From Pelagomonas calceolata (Eukaryota): a stretch of DNA of 64,000 nucleotides. Position numbers and translations under genes: made by a program. This document shows positions 51,000-60,780 of this stretch, piece by piece. A model generated the notes under the pieces. It saw only the letters and a list, made by a program, of their open reading frames with translations. It made no database searches and was not told the DNA's origin. The stretch lies in assembly GCA_918797485.1 (NCBI GenBank), contig CAKKNE010000005.1:2604001-2668000 (forward strand), in the 5' to 3' direction. The first letter of the stretch is position 1, and each line of letters starts with the position of its first letter.

Positions 51000-52359
51000 T
51001 TACGTCGCCGCGGGCGCCTGCACGGCCTTCCGCTTCCTAGTGCGGGTATAAGTGTAGTCGTCCCAGTTCAGCTTGAGGTAGTCCGTGCGTATGGCCTCAT
51101 TGTCCGTCTCCTGGTGGACCTTGACCTTGTCGCCCGCGCCCGGCGGCTTGGGGGCCTTCCTCAAAAACAGCCCGAGCAACTTCCGACCTGCATCATCCAG
51201 TAAATTCAAATTCTCGCCGAACACGTCCGTGATCGCCTTCTTCGACAAATCGTCGAGCGTCTCGTCGTCGGGGTCGGGGCCCGCGGGTGCGGGCGCCGGT
51301 TTCTCCGGCTTCGGCTTCGGGGGCTCCTTGACGCGCCCGTCTTTGCCGACCTGTGAGGAAATCAACCAGTGAGTTAGGTTAGTGGGGCGCCCGAAATTTG
51401 ATTTCCACACAGTTCCCGACGGGCTTGATCTCGGGGGCATCATCCAACATGACGACGGCGCGCCGCTTCTGCGTCGGCTTGAAGCGCGGCTTGTCGCCCG
51501 AGCGACCGCGGCCGCGGCCCAGGCGGCCCTGGACACCACCGCGGCCCCGCGCCTGTTGTGGAGCGCTCCGAGGCGCCTGTCGCGGCGCGGACCGCTGCGC
51601 CATCAATTCCCTTACTTCTTCATCGGTGCGAAAGTTGCAGTGCTTCTCGAATTCGGGTAGAGGTGGTAAGACCAACTCCGACTTCCATCTATCGTCAAAC
51701 AATCCAACCGGGTCCCACCGCCGAGGCCCCGCCCGGTCCTCATCCGACAACAAATGCCCAAATTTCCGCCGCAGCTCTTCATCAAAGTCGTCCGCGACTT
51801 CCTTGATGCCAAAGGCCTTGGCCGCACTTCCGGCCGTCGCGCGGACCCACGCGTCCGGATCCACCCGAGCTTGCTCGATTTTGCGCTTGATGATGTGCGG
51901 CTGCGGTAATTCTTCTTCAGGCAATTTGCATAAATCGAGTAACTCCTTGCACGTGTCGTGCGAGTGTTGGGACCGGACCATGGGCACGGGATGTTTCTGG
52001 TAGTGGGGGTCCGTCAGCGTCGCCATGAAGACCTTCTCCATCGTTGCGCGCATCTTGAGGACCTCCTCGGAGGGCTCCTCGTACCCACCATTCGGCGGCG
52101 GCGGCGGCTTCATTTTTTCGTACTCGGCGTCGCCCTCCTTCGCCTGGAGATCCAAGGCGGCCTGCTTCGCGGCCTTTCTTGCCTCGTTCGCGTCGAGCGC
52201 GGCCATGAATTTGGCATCAGCTTCTTCTTGGGTTTCGTTGCCGTACAAGTCCTCGTCGTCGTCTTGCTCCATTGGTTGTGGCGGTGGTACAGCTTCTTTC
52301 TTGGCGTGCGTCGGCGGCGCGCCGGGCTGCATCCACGGCGGCGGCGTCGCGTCGGCCAT
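51000..52359 (-). CDS. Probable NELF-A-like protein; exons 52359-51421 and 51350-51000 (429 aa)
   Basis: Splicing out 51351-51420 joins EIKP to VGKDGR in frame; ARVDPDAWV, AVVMLD and the C-terminal ...KLNWDDYTYTRTRK resemble NELF-A motifs. Confidence 0.55.
51351..51412. mobile_element. Introner-type element (62 bp, 15-bp TIRs, 8-bp TSD)
   Basis: CTGTGAGGAAATCAA (51351-51365) and TTGATTTCCACACAG (51398-51412), 14/15 inverted; flanks TTGCCGAC and TTCCCGAC, 7/8 identical. Confidence 0.85.
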
Positions 52360-52637
52360 CGCTTCGGTGCCGTGCGCTGGATTGGTGTTCGAGCAGTGCG
52401 CCGCGCTGCGGCGGCTGCGACTACTGGCTTTGTGGTGTCAGCGCTGCGGCGCGCTGCGGCTGCGCGCGGCGGCTGCGCACTCGCTGCTGGAAAGCTGGGC
52501 TCGCGTACTACTGGCTTTGAAGAGCGGAGCTTGCACAAGCAGCGCTGGGCCAGCAGCAGCGATGTGAGGCGTGCGTATGATGAGCTGTTGATGCCACGCA
52601 GCGATAGTAGGAAGCAAAAAACTACGCGCCGCATTAA

Positions 52638-52660
52638 GCTAGCGTCCTGTAAGACACTAG
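52638..52660. promoter_or_regulatory. CTAG-bounded intergenic motif (reverse)
   Basis: GCTAGCGTCCTGTAAGACACTAG. Confidence 0.7.
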
Positions 52661-52849
52661 CAAGCCAAAACGCACCAAAAAAATAGCCAGCGATTCAGAC
52701 TCACGGTCTACGCGGCCGCACGGGGTTACCGCGACGGCGGACCAATTGTGGCGAGATCGTGAGGAGACGGTAGCGCCGCGGCAATCACGAGAGGCAAATT
52801 TTTAATTTTTCAAGGACCTGTGTGAGGTCAGCCAGCGCGACGCCGCGCG

Positions 52850-53176
52850 ATGATCCGCCACCTGTGCCTGCTCGCCGCCGCGGCGGCACCAACAACACAG
52901 AACGCCACGCGCCAGCTCGACGCCTACGAGCCGCCGCCGACCGATTTAAGTAGGGCGTGCGCGTCGTGGCGACCAGATAGAGATGGAATTGATAGAGTGC
53001 GCACGATTCGGGCGGGCAACTTCGTGAACCTGGCGCACGCGACGGGCGGCGCCTTCGTCGCAAGTGTCTCAAAGGTCCGCCGCCCCCCGAAAGGCCAGAA
53101 CTGCCGCGTTTTATACGAGTTGGAGGTCATATGTCGCGTCTCTGCTGCGCGAGTTTGTCCCTCTGCATCTCGATAA
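52850..53176 (+). pseudogene. Truncated paralog of the N-terminus of the 53934-56645 secreted protein
   Basis: Signal peptide then RTIRAG...KVRRPPKG..CRVLYELEVIC versus RAVRHG...KKRRPPIG...CHALYDLEVKVC. Confidence 0.55.
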
Positions 53177-53686
53177 ATTTGTAGGCTATCTTGCGTTCCT
53201 GCTCGTGGTCGTCGCGTTCGCGCGTGGTCTCCTCGAGCTTGAGCGTGGTCTCCCGGAGCTTGCGCGTGGTCTCCTCGAGCTTCCACTGCAAGCACGCGAC
53301 CGCATAATTCGGATCCGCCTCATCTGCGCCGCAGACTGCGCGAGCTCGCGGCGGAGCCACGGAGCGGGCTGCTGCCTGGACGGCGCGGTGGCCGACGGAG
53401 CCGACCGCTGCGGCCCTTGGGCCGCCGCCAACGACGATAATTGTTCGTCCGAGGGCATTTCATCGCACGTGGTCTTATAGTGGTCGGTGTCGATCGTCGA
53501 GTAGAGATAACCCTCCGAGATATGCGTTTCGACGTGGGCTTCGGTTTCAGCACGACTCAAGTTTAGGGTCGTGCTCACATCCGCTAAAGACAAGCCGTCC
53601 ACGATCGTGCTGTGATCGACATGCAGCTGCAGGAGTCGTTTCAAAATGGCTCTTTGGGCGCCTTTGTTTCGAACCTTCGTCGTCAT
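53127..53686 (-). pseudogene. RPA32 C-terminal winged-helix-like segment fused across a frameshift to a short coiled coil
   Basis: GLSLADV...HISEGYLYSTIDTDHYKTT; no OB fold; frame change near 53360. Confidence 0.55.
53221..53282. repeat. 21-bp tandem repeat x3
   Basis: cgcgtggtctcctcgagcttg / agcgtggtctcccggagcttg / cgcgtggtctcctcgagctt; encodes KLEETTR heptads on the minus strand. Confidence 0.85.
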
Positions 53687-53773
53687 CGTAGTCAGATCTC
53701 CCGGAGAATCCTCCAATCTCGTTTTGATCCCCTTTTGCCGTCACCGCTTAACATCGGCCTCTTTCGAGTGAAG

Positions 53774-53796
53774 CTAGTGTCTTACACGACGCTAGC
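53774..53796. promoter_or_regulatory. CTAG-bounded intergenic motif
   Basis: CTAGTGTCTTACACGACGCTAGC. Confidence 0.7.
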
Positions 53797-53933
53797 CTGG
53801 CCAGGCTCGCCTCGCAATTTTTTTGAGCAGCTCCAGTCGCTGCGTTGCAGTCGCGAGTAGCTCATTCGAAGACATTGATGGTGCGCTGCAGCGAGCCGGG
53901 CTCGATTTTGACGCCTAAGGGTAGCTAGCCACA

Positions 53934-56645
53934 ATGATCGGCTGGTCAATCCTGCTTGCTGCGGCCCTGGCCGCGGCGTCTGATACGGACGACGCCTGCG
54001 CGGTGGAACAGCGGCGCGGCGCAGCAGCCATCCGAGCGGTGCGCCACGGCCGCGTCGCGGACCGCGCGGAAGCGCGGGTCGGCTCGAAAGTGGTAACAGC
54101 GTACAAGAAGCGGCGCCCGCCGATCGGACGGGACGGCGAATTGCTGTGCCACGCCTTGTATGACCTCGAGGTCAAGGTCTGCGGCGGCGCCTCCACCTCA
54201 ATCAAGGCCCACGCGCCGGAGCGACAGTGCCCGCGCGAAGGCCAGCGAGGTAGAAGAAGGGGCGCGAACGGGCCCGAGAATCCCAGAGTACTCCCCACAA
54301 CTCATGTCGACGGCTTCGTCGTCCTCTACACCGACTGGTCCGAAAGGAACGGGACTTATGAAAGATCAAAATTCATCGCGCACGGGACCATCAACGGGGA
54401 CGGGCCCTCCCTTAGTACACCTTCCATCGTGGATGCGCCCTACGGCGACTGGGCGCCCTTTTTGTATGACGATGTTTTATATGCGCACACTTACCTAGAT
54501 TACCTCGGCGACGCGGTGACGTCGAGACTTGGCGACCTCCACTCATACAACTGCCCCGGCGCTGGGAAAGCCCTGCGCAAGGCCTTGGGCGGAGCCACGC
54601 CTTTATTTGACTCCGTGCGCATCGAACCGGGCTCGAACGCTATATTAGTAAACAACGAGTACGTCGCAATCGGCAAAACCGTCAGGCATTTAGGCCACGA
54701 GGTGCAGCTCAAAGCGCTGTTCGCCTACGCCTTCTCTCCAAAGCCGCCCTTCTGTATCACAAAAACGTCGCCGGAGTTCCACGCGCCCGTGCCGCATGCA
54801 TCTTCCTCAGAAGCCTTCGACGCGTTGATTCCAAGAAGGAGCGACCCGGGGAAGCATCGCGAGGGCGTGCAGACGCCCTTTTCGTTGATAGTGGTGGACG
54901 ACGGGCTGCGGCTGGCCTTCACGCGCAAGCACTCGGCCTACTCTTTAGTCCTGAACACGTCGACGCTATTCAAGGATTCACGCCGTTTGAAGTACGGTGG
55001 CAAGTCTACAATCGCCCAATACCTCAAGGCGGTCTACCCAGCTATGATTGAACAAGATAATACAAAACTCGTAAACCTCTACGAGTCGCTCGACTACTTT
55101 TATCGAGGCCCGGCGTTACCTTATATACCAAAAGGCGTCTACTACTCGGCGAACGACGCCACCACGGATATCGTACCTACACAAAAAGCGATTGAACGTG
55201 CTCAACAAGGCGAGGAGCACGGCGTGTTATATGGATCATATATCCGGTGGAAGGCCATGTTAAGGCGCGTCTCACAAAAGGAGGAGGACCTCAAGTCTTC
55301 ATGGGGAGCTCGATTGGGCCCGGCGCCGTCGTGGACCCACGCTAGTGCCGCGGTGAAGTACCCCTTGTATCCGCTCGGGTTATCTACAACACAAGGTGCC
55401 GTGCTAGGTAGGCCGGACAACCCTCTTGATGGAAGGTGGGACGTCCCTACGAGAAGGAAGAAATTCACACACCTCAAAACGGGAGAATACGTCGAGATAG
55501 AGCAGTACGGAGGCCCGGACTGGGTCCTCAGTGAATTCCCGATCACCTCGCGGGGCATCGCCGGCCTCTTCTGCAACGTCTGGAAGGGCACCGGTCTAGG
55601 CCTTAAAGTGGTCGCTCCTTTTGTTTCCCGGAGCAAGGGTGCGGCGGTCGCCGATCTGTTGAGGGAGGTGGGCCGGCGGCAGGATTTAACTGGTGGCGAG
55701 GACTACGTGAGTGCGCTGGCTGCCTTGTCTGGTGTTGGTTCTCCAGACATAGAAAGGAGGCGCCTCGACGACCAACGGACGTTGGGCGTCGGCCATTGGG
55801 TGAAGAGCCTCTTTAAGCAGCAGAAGACACCGCGGTCGCACGAAGACAGAGCCGTGCACCTCGCCGTCGGTTTTTTAGCACTCCCAATACCCTGCGCGAC
55901 GAGCTGGGACGCGATCGATGCGAGGTGGCGCCGCTGGCGCGAGTCCGCCGTCGATGCCACGGAAGCGGCGTTCGCGCCGCCCTCTGGCCGATGGCGCGCG
56001 AAGCGGCCCGTCTCGGAACTCTTCGACGAGCTAGCCTTAAGAAAGGAGGCGCCTGGCAACGCGTCTCTAGCTGCTTTACACTGGATCTACGGGCTCTGCT
56101 CCAAAAGCCCATACTATTCCGGGCCGGCCAATAAAAGGTGCGCGGCGGAAAGACGTAGAGGTAATGACGGAGAAGCTTGTAAGAGACGCTGGCTCGCCTG
56201 GGACAACCTGCTCATGGTTTTGAGTTGCGCGATCGGCTCGAAAACACTTATTCTGGATGCGTCGCCCAACGACAACGGATTGTTCCACGAGGAGCTCATC
56301 GATTATGATGTTCCTGGCGCGTGGGCGACGATCGACGACGGGAAGTCGCTGAATCCTCTCTCCGAATGTCTGGCGCCTTTTGATGACGGTCGGGCGGCGC
56401 CGTCGCGTCAAGATGTATTAGAGCACTGGCGCGCTACTCACAAGTTCGGGCGCGTCGACCCTTTGAAGGGTACGGCGGCACCTTGTGACTTGATAGGAAG
56501 CGACGGCACTCAGTTAGGAGAGCACAACGGCGGGGGCTACCTCGCGTGCAAGGACTCGCTCTCGGAGTCCCACGCGTTGTGTGTGCGGGACCGGGAGCGC
56601 ACGAAACGAGCTGCTGGTTCAAGGCGGGCGCCCGGTTGTGGTTAA
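53934..56645 (+). CDS. Secreted protein, N-terminal half possibly a beta-propeller glycosyltransferase/glycosidase-like domain
   Basis: Signal peptide; DWAPF and YAFSPKPPFCITKTSPEF motifs seen in such proteins. Confidence 0.55.
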   Translation: MIGWSILLAAALAAASDTDDACAVEQRRGAAAIRAVRHGRVADRAEARVGSKVVTAYKKRRPPIGRDGELLCHALYDLEVKVCGGASTSIKAHAPERQCPREGQRGRRRGANGPENPRVLPTTHVDGFVVLYTDWSERNGTYERSKFIAHGTINGDGPSLSTPSIVDAPYGDWAPFLYDDVLYAHTYLDYLGDAVTSRLGDLHSYNCPGAGKALRKALGGATPLFDSVRIEPGSNAILVNNEYVAIGKTVRHLGHEVQLKALFAYAFSPKPPFCITKTSPEFHAPVPHASSSEAFDALIPRRSDPGKHREGVQTPFSLIVVDDGLRLAFTRKHSAYSLVLNTSTLFKDSRRLKYGGKSTIAQYLKAVYPAMIEQDNTKLVNLYESLDYFYRGPALPYIPKGVYYSANDATTDIVPTQKAIERAQQGEEHGVLYGSYIRWKAMLRRVSQKEEDLKSSWGARLGPAPSWTHASAAVKYPLYPLGLSTTQGAVLGRPDNPLDGRWDVPTRRKKFTHLKTGEYVEIEQYGGPDWVLSEFPITSRGIAGLFCNVWKGTGLGLKVVAPFVSRSKGAAVADLLREVGRRQDLTGGEDYVSALAALSGVGSPDIERRRLDDQRTLGVGHWVKSLFKQQKTPRSHEDRAVHLAVGFLALPIPCATSWDAIDARWRRWRESAVDATEAAFAPPSGRWRAKRPVSELFDELALRKEAPGNASLAALHWIYGLCSKSPYYSGPANKRCAAERRRGNDGEACKRRWLAWDNLLMVLSCAIGSKTLILDASPNDNGLFHEELIDYDVPGAWATIDDGKSLNPLSECLAPFDDGRAAPSRQDVLEHWRATHKFGRVDPLKGTAAPCDLIGSDGTQLGEHNGGGYLACKDSLSESHALCVRDRERTKRAAGSRRAPGCG

Positions 56646-56670
56646 GTATTACTGTTACACACACATCACA

Positions 56671-57945
56671 TCAGGCGAACACCTTCACGACAGAGGCAAT
56701 CGGGGCGCGGCAAATGGGACACCGCTCGCCCCTCCTTTCTAATCTAGAAGCACATCGGTAGCAGGCGCACATGTGCCCGCACGGCGCCAGCACGGCGTCG
56801 CGCCTCCTTACTAAGCAGACGGCGCAGTCCGTCGTAGAACCCTCATTGTTTTCAATGTCTGGCGGCCCGCACTTGAGTAAGGCCGCATTCGCCTCTTCCA
56901 CGGCCTTCTTCAGAGCGGCAGAATCCCCAAACTTGCAGCCAAACGCCAGATCCACGTCGACGCAGCGCCGCACGAACCTCCGATTGTCCTCTGGGGGCGC
57001 GTGCAATGCCAACCGTAGCCCGTATTCGGTGGTTGAGGGTGTGAGTCGAGCTAGTCGTCGTAAAGCGGCATCCGCGGCTAGCCGAGAAGCCGGCTGCGGC
57101 TCGACACGCGTTAGTAGTTCTGTGCGGTTTTCATAGGTGAGCAAATCGTGAACCAAGGCGTGTTCGGTTACTGTGAGTTGATCCACATTCTCGACGGCGA
57201 CGGCCAGATCCAAACACGCGTAGCCTAGCAAATTCCTTCGTCTCACTCTGACAACTTCCGCGTGCGCGTCGATGGTCACCACTTCATAAGCTGGCTGGCA
57301 CATAGCGTAGACGAGGATGATCAGGCAGACTAGTACAAGTAATTCATCCGTGCCCGAGTCGTCGTACTTGAGCGATAACGCTGCGGGTCCTATCGACGCC
57401 TCATCGAGGTAAGTTTGGATCTGGCGGAGCGCGTGGGACGCGCGCTCGATGTCGTCAAACACGTGTACTTTACGTCTCATGCCGGCCTCGTCCGTGACCA
57501 CCAAGGTAGATGATACATGCCCCGGCCGCTTCTTGAGGGCCTGTCGTCTTGGAGGGTGGTCCGCGTCCAGGTCCGCGTGGAGCGCCTCCGCGAGGAGTCG
57601 TAACCGCGTCGCGTTCGCCGTGGTGCCGCTCTTCTGGCGCGTCCTTAACGCGTTCGAGACCTCGAGAACGATATCTGCCGACGCCACCTCAAACGTGCTC
57701 CGCAGCCGCTTCTCCCAGAGGCGGTCGACGCCGCGCGGGCTGCTCGTGACGACGCAGTCGTTGTCCTCTCGTTTGTTGTGTCGCTCGTGCGTCGCGCAGC
57801 GCAGCACATCTCTATGATGCTTCGAGTCGGCGGTGAGAGCCGCGATGAGTGCGATGAATGCGCATATTACTGTGGGGCGCACTTTGACGTGCCGCAGCTC
57901 TAATCTGCCTCCACCTTTGTGTTCTAGTCTTGGGCCGACGAGCAT
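56671..57945 (-). CDS. Membrane protein with C-terminal C3HC4 RING finger
   Basis: CAVC...LAPCGHMCACYRC...CPICR; two hydrophobic segments. Confidence 0.8.
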   Translation of the reverse strand: MLVGPRLEHKGGGRLELRHVKVRPTVICAFIALIAALTADSKHHRDVLRCATHERHNKREDNDCVVTSSPRGVDRLWEKRLRSTFEVASADIVLEVSNALRTRQKSGTTANATRLRLLAEALHADLDADHPPRRQALKKRPGHVSSTLVVTDEAGMRRKVHVFDDIERASHALRQIQTYLDEASIGPAALSLKYDDSGTDELLVLVCLIILVYAMCQPAYEVVTIDAHAEVVRVRRRNLLGYACLDLAVAVENVDQLTVTEHALVHDLLTYENRTELLTRVEPQPASRLAADAALRRLARLTPSTTEYGLRLALHAPPEDNRRFVRRCVDVDLAFGCKFGDSAALKKAVEEANAALLKCGPPDIENNEGSTTDCAVCLVRRRDAVLAPCGHMCACYRCASRLERRGERCPICRAPIASVVKVFA

Positions 57946-58123
57946 CTTTGCCCTGTCTGCTCTGCCTCCTAGTTTATCTGTTTGCTGTTGATCGGCGTCG
58001 CCAGGCGTCGCCAGGCTTTGCGCGCAGCGAGTTTGCTGAACAGGGAGCACACTGCGTTAGCGCCAGGCCTTGGAAGCCAGCTCTAAACAGCCTTTACTGC
58101 CGCAAAACAGCTCTTGCTCTTTT

Positions 58124-58146
58124 CTAGTGTCTTGCATACCGCTAGC
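58124..58146. promoter_or_regulatory. CTAG-bounded intergenic motif
   Basis: CTAGTGTCTTGCATACCGCTAGC. Confidence 0.7.
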
Positions 58147-58303
58147 TCGGCTAATTTGCAAATTAATTTGCAAGCTATAGCGGGCGCTCGCGGCGTTCGG
58201 CGCATTTAGATTTCGTCATCATTACCCACGTTACTGATACCAACCGGTTTCACACAGAGCGATCGGTGCCCAGCATCTACTGGAGAGAGATCACTGTAAC
58301 AAC

Positions 58304-59335
58304 ATGTTTGGACTTGTCAGGACGGGCCTGGATAAACTTAAGGCTTGGGTCTCGGGAGAAGCGGGTGATTATGATTGGGAGGAAGCGCATGCTAAATATC
58401 TCTCTTTCCTCACGCCGGGGCCCTTTCAGCGGGCAGTCGCCGGCGGCGACGTCGAACTAGTCCGCGAAATGCTCGCCCGCGGCGAGGACCCAAACGAGCT
58501 AGACGCTCCGGCGGCGCGCGTGATAGGCGACGGGATCGAGCTGGCTGGCGGCTTAGACGCGATCGAATGCGCCATGGCCATGCTCAACCACAGGAGGCGA
58601 CCGGAGGACGCCGACGCTGTGCGAAATATCTTCGCTTGCATCGAACTTTGTCTCGACGCCGGCGCCCTCCCCGACGGTCCTACGAGAGAGAGATGGGAAA
58701 ATACACCGCTTGGTTTAGCGGTAGAACAGGGCCGGCCCGAGTTTGTACGGCTTTTCCTCTCGGCCGGAGCCGACCCGAATGCGCCGGCGGACCCCAAAGG
58801 AAACACGATACTGCATCACGCTTGTAGATTGGGGGGGAACCGTGCAACGTACGAAATTGTTCGACTGCTACTGGCGGCCGGCGCCGATTACACGGCACGG
58901 ATCAATCCGCTGCACGGCCAGATCAGGGCACTTATTTTTGAAACTCCTTTTGGGATAGCGGTCACCTTCGGGTATCACCGCCTGTGGCCCCTTTTCCTCC
59001 GAGCCGGTGCTGATGTTCCGAACTTCTGGAGAGGGTTCATGGAAACTTCACGCTGCCCCGAGAAGGCGCAGCGCTACGAGTATCTGCGCATGGTCGAGGC
59101 GGCCGGCGGCTTCCAGGCCTACGAGAAGGCGCACGCGAAGGCGCTCGCGGCGACGCTCGCGAAGAAGTTCCCCGCGCACATCCCCGAGGAAGTATTCCCG
59201 CGCGTCGTCGCGTTCTGGGCCCACACGGGCTTCTACGGTTCGGTGGCAGCCGTCGCCGTGCTGGCCGCGGAGACGAATCCCCGGACCAACCGGGGCAATT
59301 TGCTACGAAATCTCTGCGGAGCTATTAGGGCCTAA
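58304..59335 (+). CDS. Ankyrin repeat protein
   Basis: TPLGLAVEQG...LSAGADPN, GNTILHHAC...LLLAAGAD. Confidence 0.85.
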   Translation: MFGLVRTGLDKLKAWVSGEAGDYDWEEAHAKYLSFLTPGPFQRAVAGGDVELVREMLARGEDPNELDAPAARVIGDGIELAGGLDAIECAMAMLNHRRRPEDADAVRNIFACIELCLDAGALPDGPTRERWENTPLGLAVEQGRPEFVRLFLSAGADPNAPADPKGNTILHHACRLGGNRATYEIVRLLLAAGADYTARINPLHGQIRALIFETPFGIAVTFGYHRLWPLFLRAGADVPNFWRGFMETSRCPEKAQRYEYLRMVEAAGGFQAYEKAHAKALAATLAKKFPAHIPEEVFPRVVAFWAHTGFYGSVAAVAVLAAETNPRTNRGNLLRNLCGAIRA

Positions 59336-59394
59336 GCACCATACACAATGACTTATTCAATCGATAGCGACCCCCCGACGCCATCGCCGCGCCC

Positions 59395-60360
59395 TCACAG
59401 CTCGCCCCGCGCCGCCGCCCGCCTCTCAGCATCGCCATGGTCGACGCCGGGCAGGTCGCACCACCGGTGCTCGCAGTCGGGCTCGTAGTAGCCCGTCCCC
59501 GTGAGCTGCAGCCTATCATAGGCGCCGTCGTCCGGGACGTGGAACCCTTCCGAGCCCCACCACTTTTCGGCCAACGCCCGCGCGTCCTCCATGCGCAGGC
59601 TCCAATCAATAGGTCTATAATGGACGAAGAGCGACGTGTACCATTTTCCTTCCAACGGCCGCGGCCGCCCGTGGATGCACTTCGCGCTCTCGTAAAAGAG
59701 CATCTCGCCCGGCTGCAGGTCGACCTCCACACTCCTCCCATCATAGCCTTCGATCACGATCGGCCACGGCTCCGCATCCCTATCAACATGGACTATGGCA
59801 CTGATAACATGCGTCTCGAGCTTGTCCGTGTGCATGGTCAGCGTGTTGCCCGGTCGATATATCCTCAATCCATACGCGTTCGACGCCCGCAGCTTCGTTT
59901 GGGACCACTCTTCGTGCATCGGCCGCAGGTCCTCCATGATCTCATTCGCCAATCTCCCGAGATCCACAAAACCGGCAACCTCCCCCGAGATCTGGTCCAC
60001 CTTATGTTCTGTCCTCTGTTGATCGAAGCCCGCAACGAGCGTCGCGTTCAGCTTCTCGTGGACGTGTCTTGGGGTCTTCACGACCTCATAGCCCACACTC
60101 GTAAAGTTCTTCACCAACAGACCACTCACAGCTAGATTCATCGCCGCGTCCCAGCGCTCCTGGGAGCTTTCGATCCTCCTCACTTGTGCTAATCTGTAAT
60201 CTAATCTCTTGCGCCACATGTGCGTCTCGGGGATCCACTGACCGTACTTTTTCGCTATAGGGTCGCGCTTCTTGTGGCTTTTGCTGACCGCGGCGTCGAG
60301 CCAGGGCTCGGCGGTTGCTTCGAGCGCTACGAGCGCTAGCGTCGCGAGCGCGCGCCGCAT
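59395..60360 (-). CDS. Secretory-pathway 2OG-Fe(II) oxygenase (prolyl-hydroxylase-like)
   Basis: YGLRIY...MHTD...HGRP (HxD...H triad); signal peptide; C-terminal RGEL. Confidence 0.8.
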   Translation of the reverse strand: MRRALATLALVALEATAEPWLDAAVSKSHKKRDPIAKKYGQWIPETHMWRKRLDYRLAQVRRIESSQERWDAAMNLAVSGLLVKNFTSVGYEVVKTPRHVHEKLNATLVAGFDQQRTEHKVDQISGEVAGFVDLGRLANEIMEDLRPMHEEWSQTKLRASNAYGLRIYRPGNTLTMHTDKLETHVISAIVHVDRDAEPWPIVIEGYDGRSVEVDLQPGEMLFYESAKCIHGRPRPLEGKWYTSLFVHYRPIDWSLRMEDARALAEKWWGSEGFHVPDDGAYDRLQLTGTGYYEPDCEHRWCDLPGVDHGDAERRAAARGEL

Positions 60361-60537
60361 CCTACGCTGTCGGCTCTGCGCTGTATGTCTGTCTGTATGT
60401 GGCTGGCGACCGCTGCGGCTGTGATTCTCGACAGGCCGCGTCGACAGCGAGGGACTGGAGCGTCAGCTCCTATCCAACTGTGCGCGCGTGCGTCGTAAAA
60501 GCTGCCAAGGCTGGCAAAAAAACAGCAAAAATAATGA

Positions 60538-60560
60538 GCTAGCGGTCTGTAAGACACTAG
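60538..60560. promoter_or_regulatory. CTAG-bounded intergenic motif (reverse)
   Basis: GCTAGCGGTCTGTAAGACACTAG. Confidence 0.7.
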
Positions 60561-60780
60561 GAATCCATTAGATGATGCAATGACGTGAGGCTCTCGAGCT
60601 GACTGGCCAAGTTCGGCACCGCCTGACGCTTCTGTGCGTACCGCATTGCTGCTGCGCCAGCGCTGCGCAACGCTGACGCCGCGCAATAGCACTCTTGCAC
60701 AAGTGCACAGCTCATTGTTGCTGCTGCTCCAGCTGCCACCGCTGCTCGGGAGAGTAACTGCTGGCAAACAGCTGCAAAAG

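Noticed and set aside
308..60560. CTAG motif copies as a CRISPR array
   Set aside because: Copies are dispersed kb apart, occur in both orientations and vary in length; no cas genes; eukaryotic context
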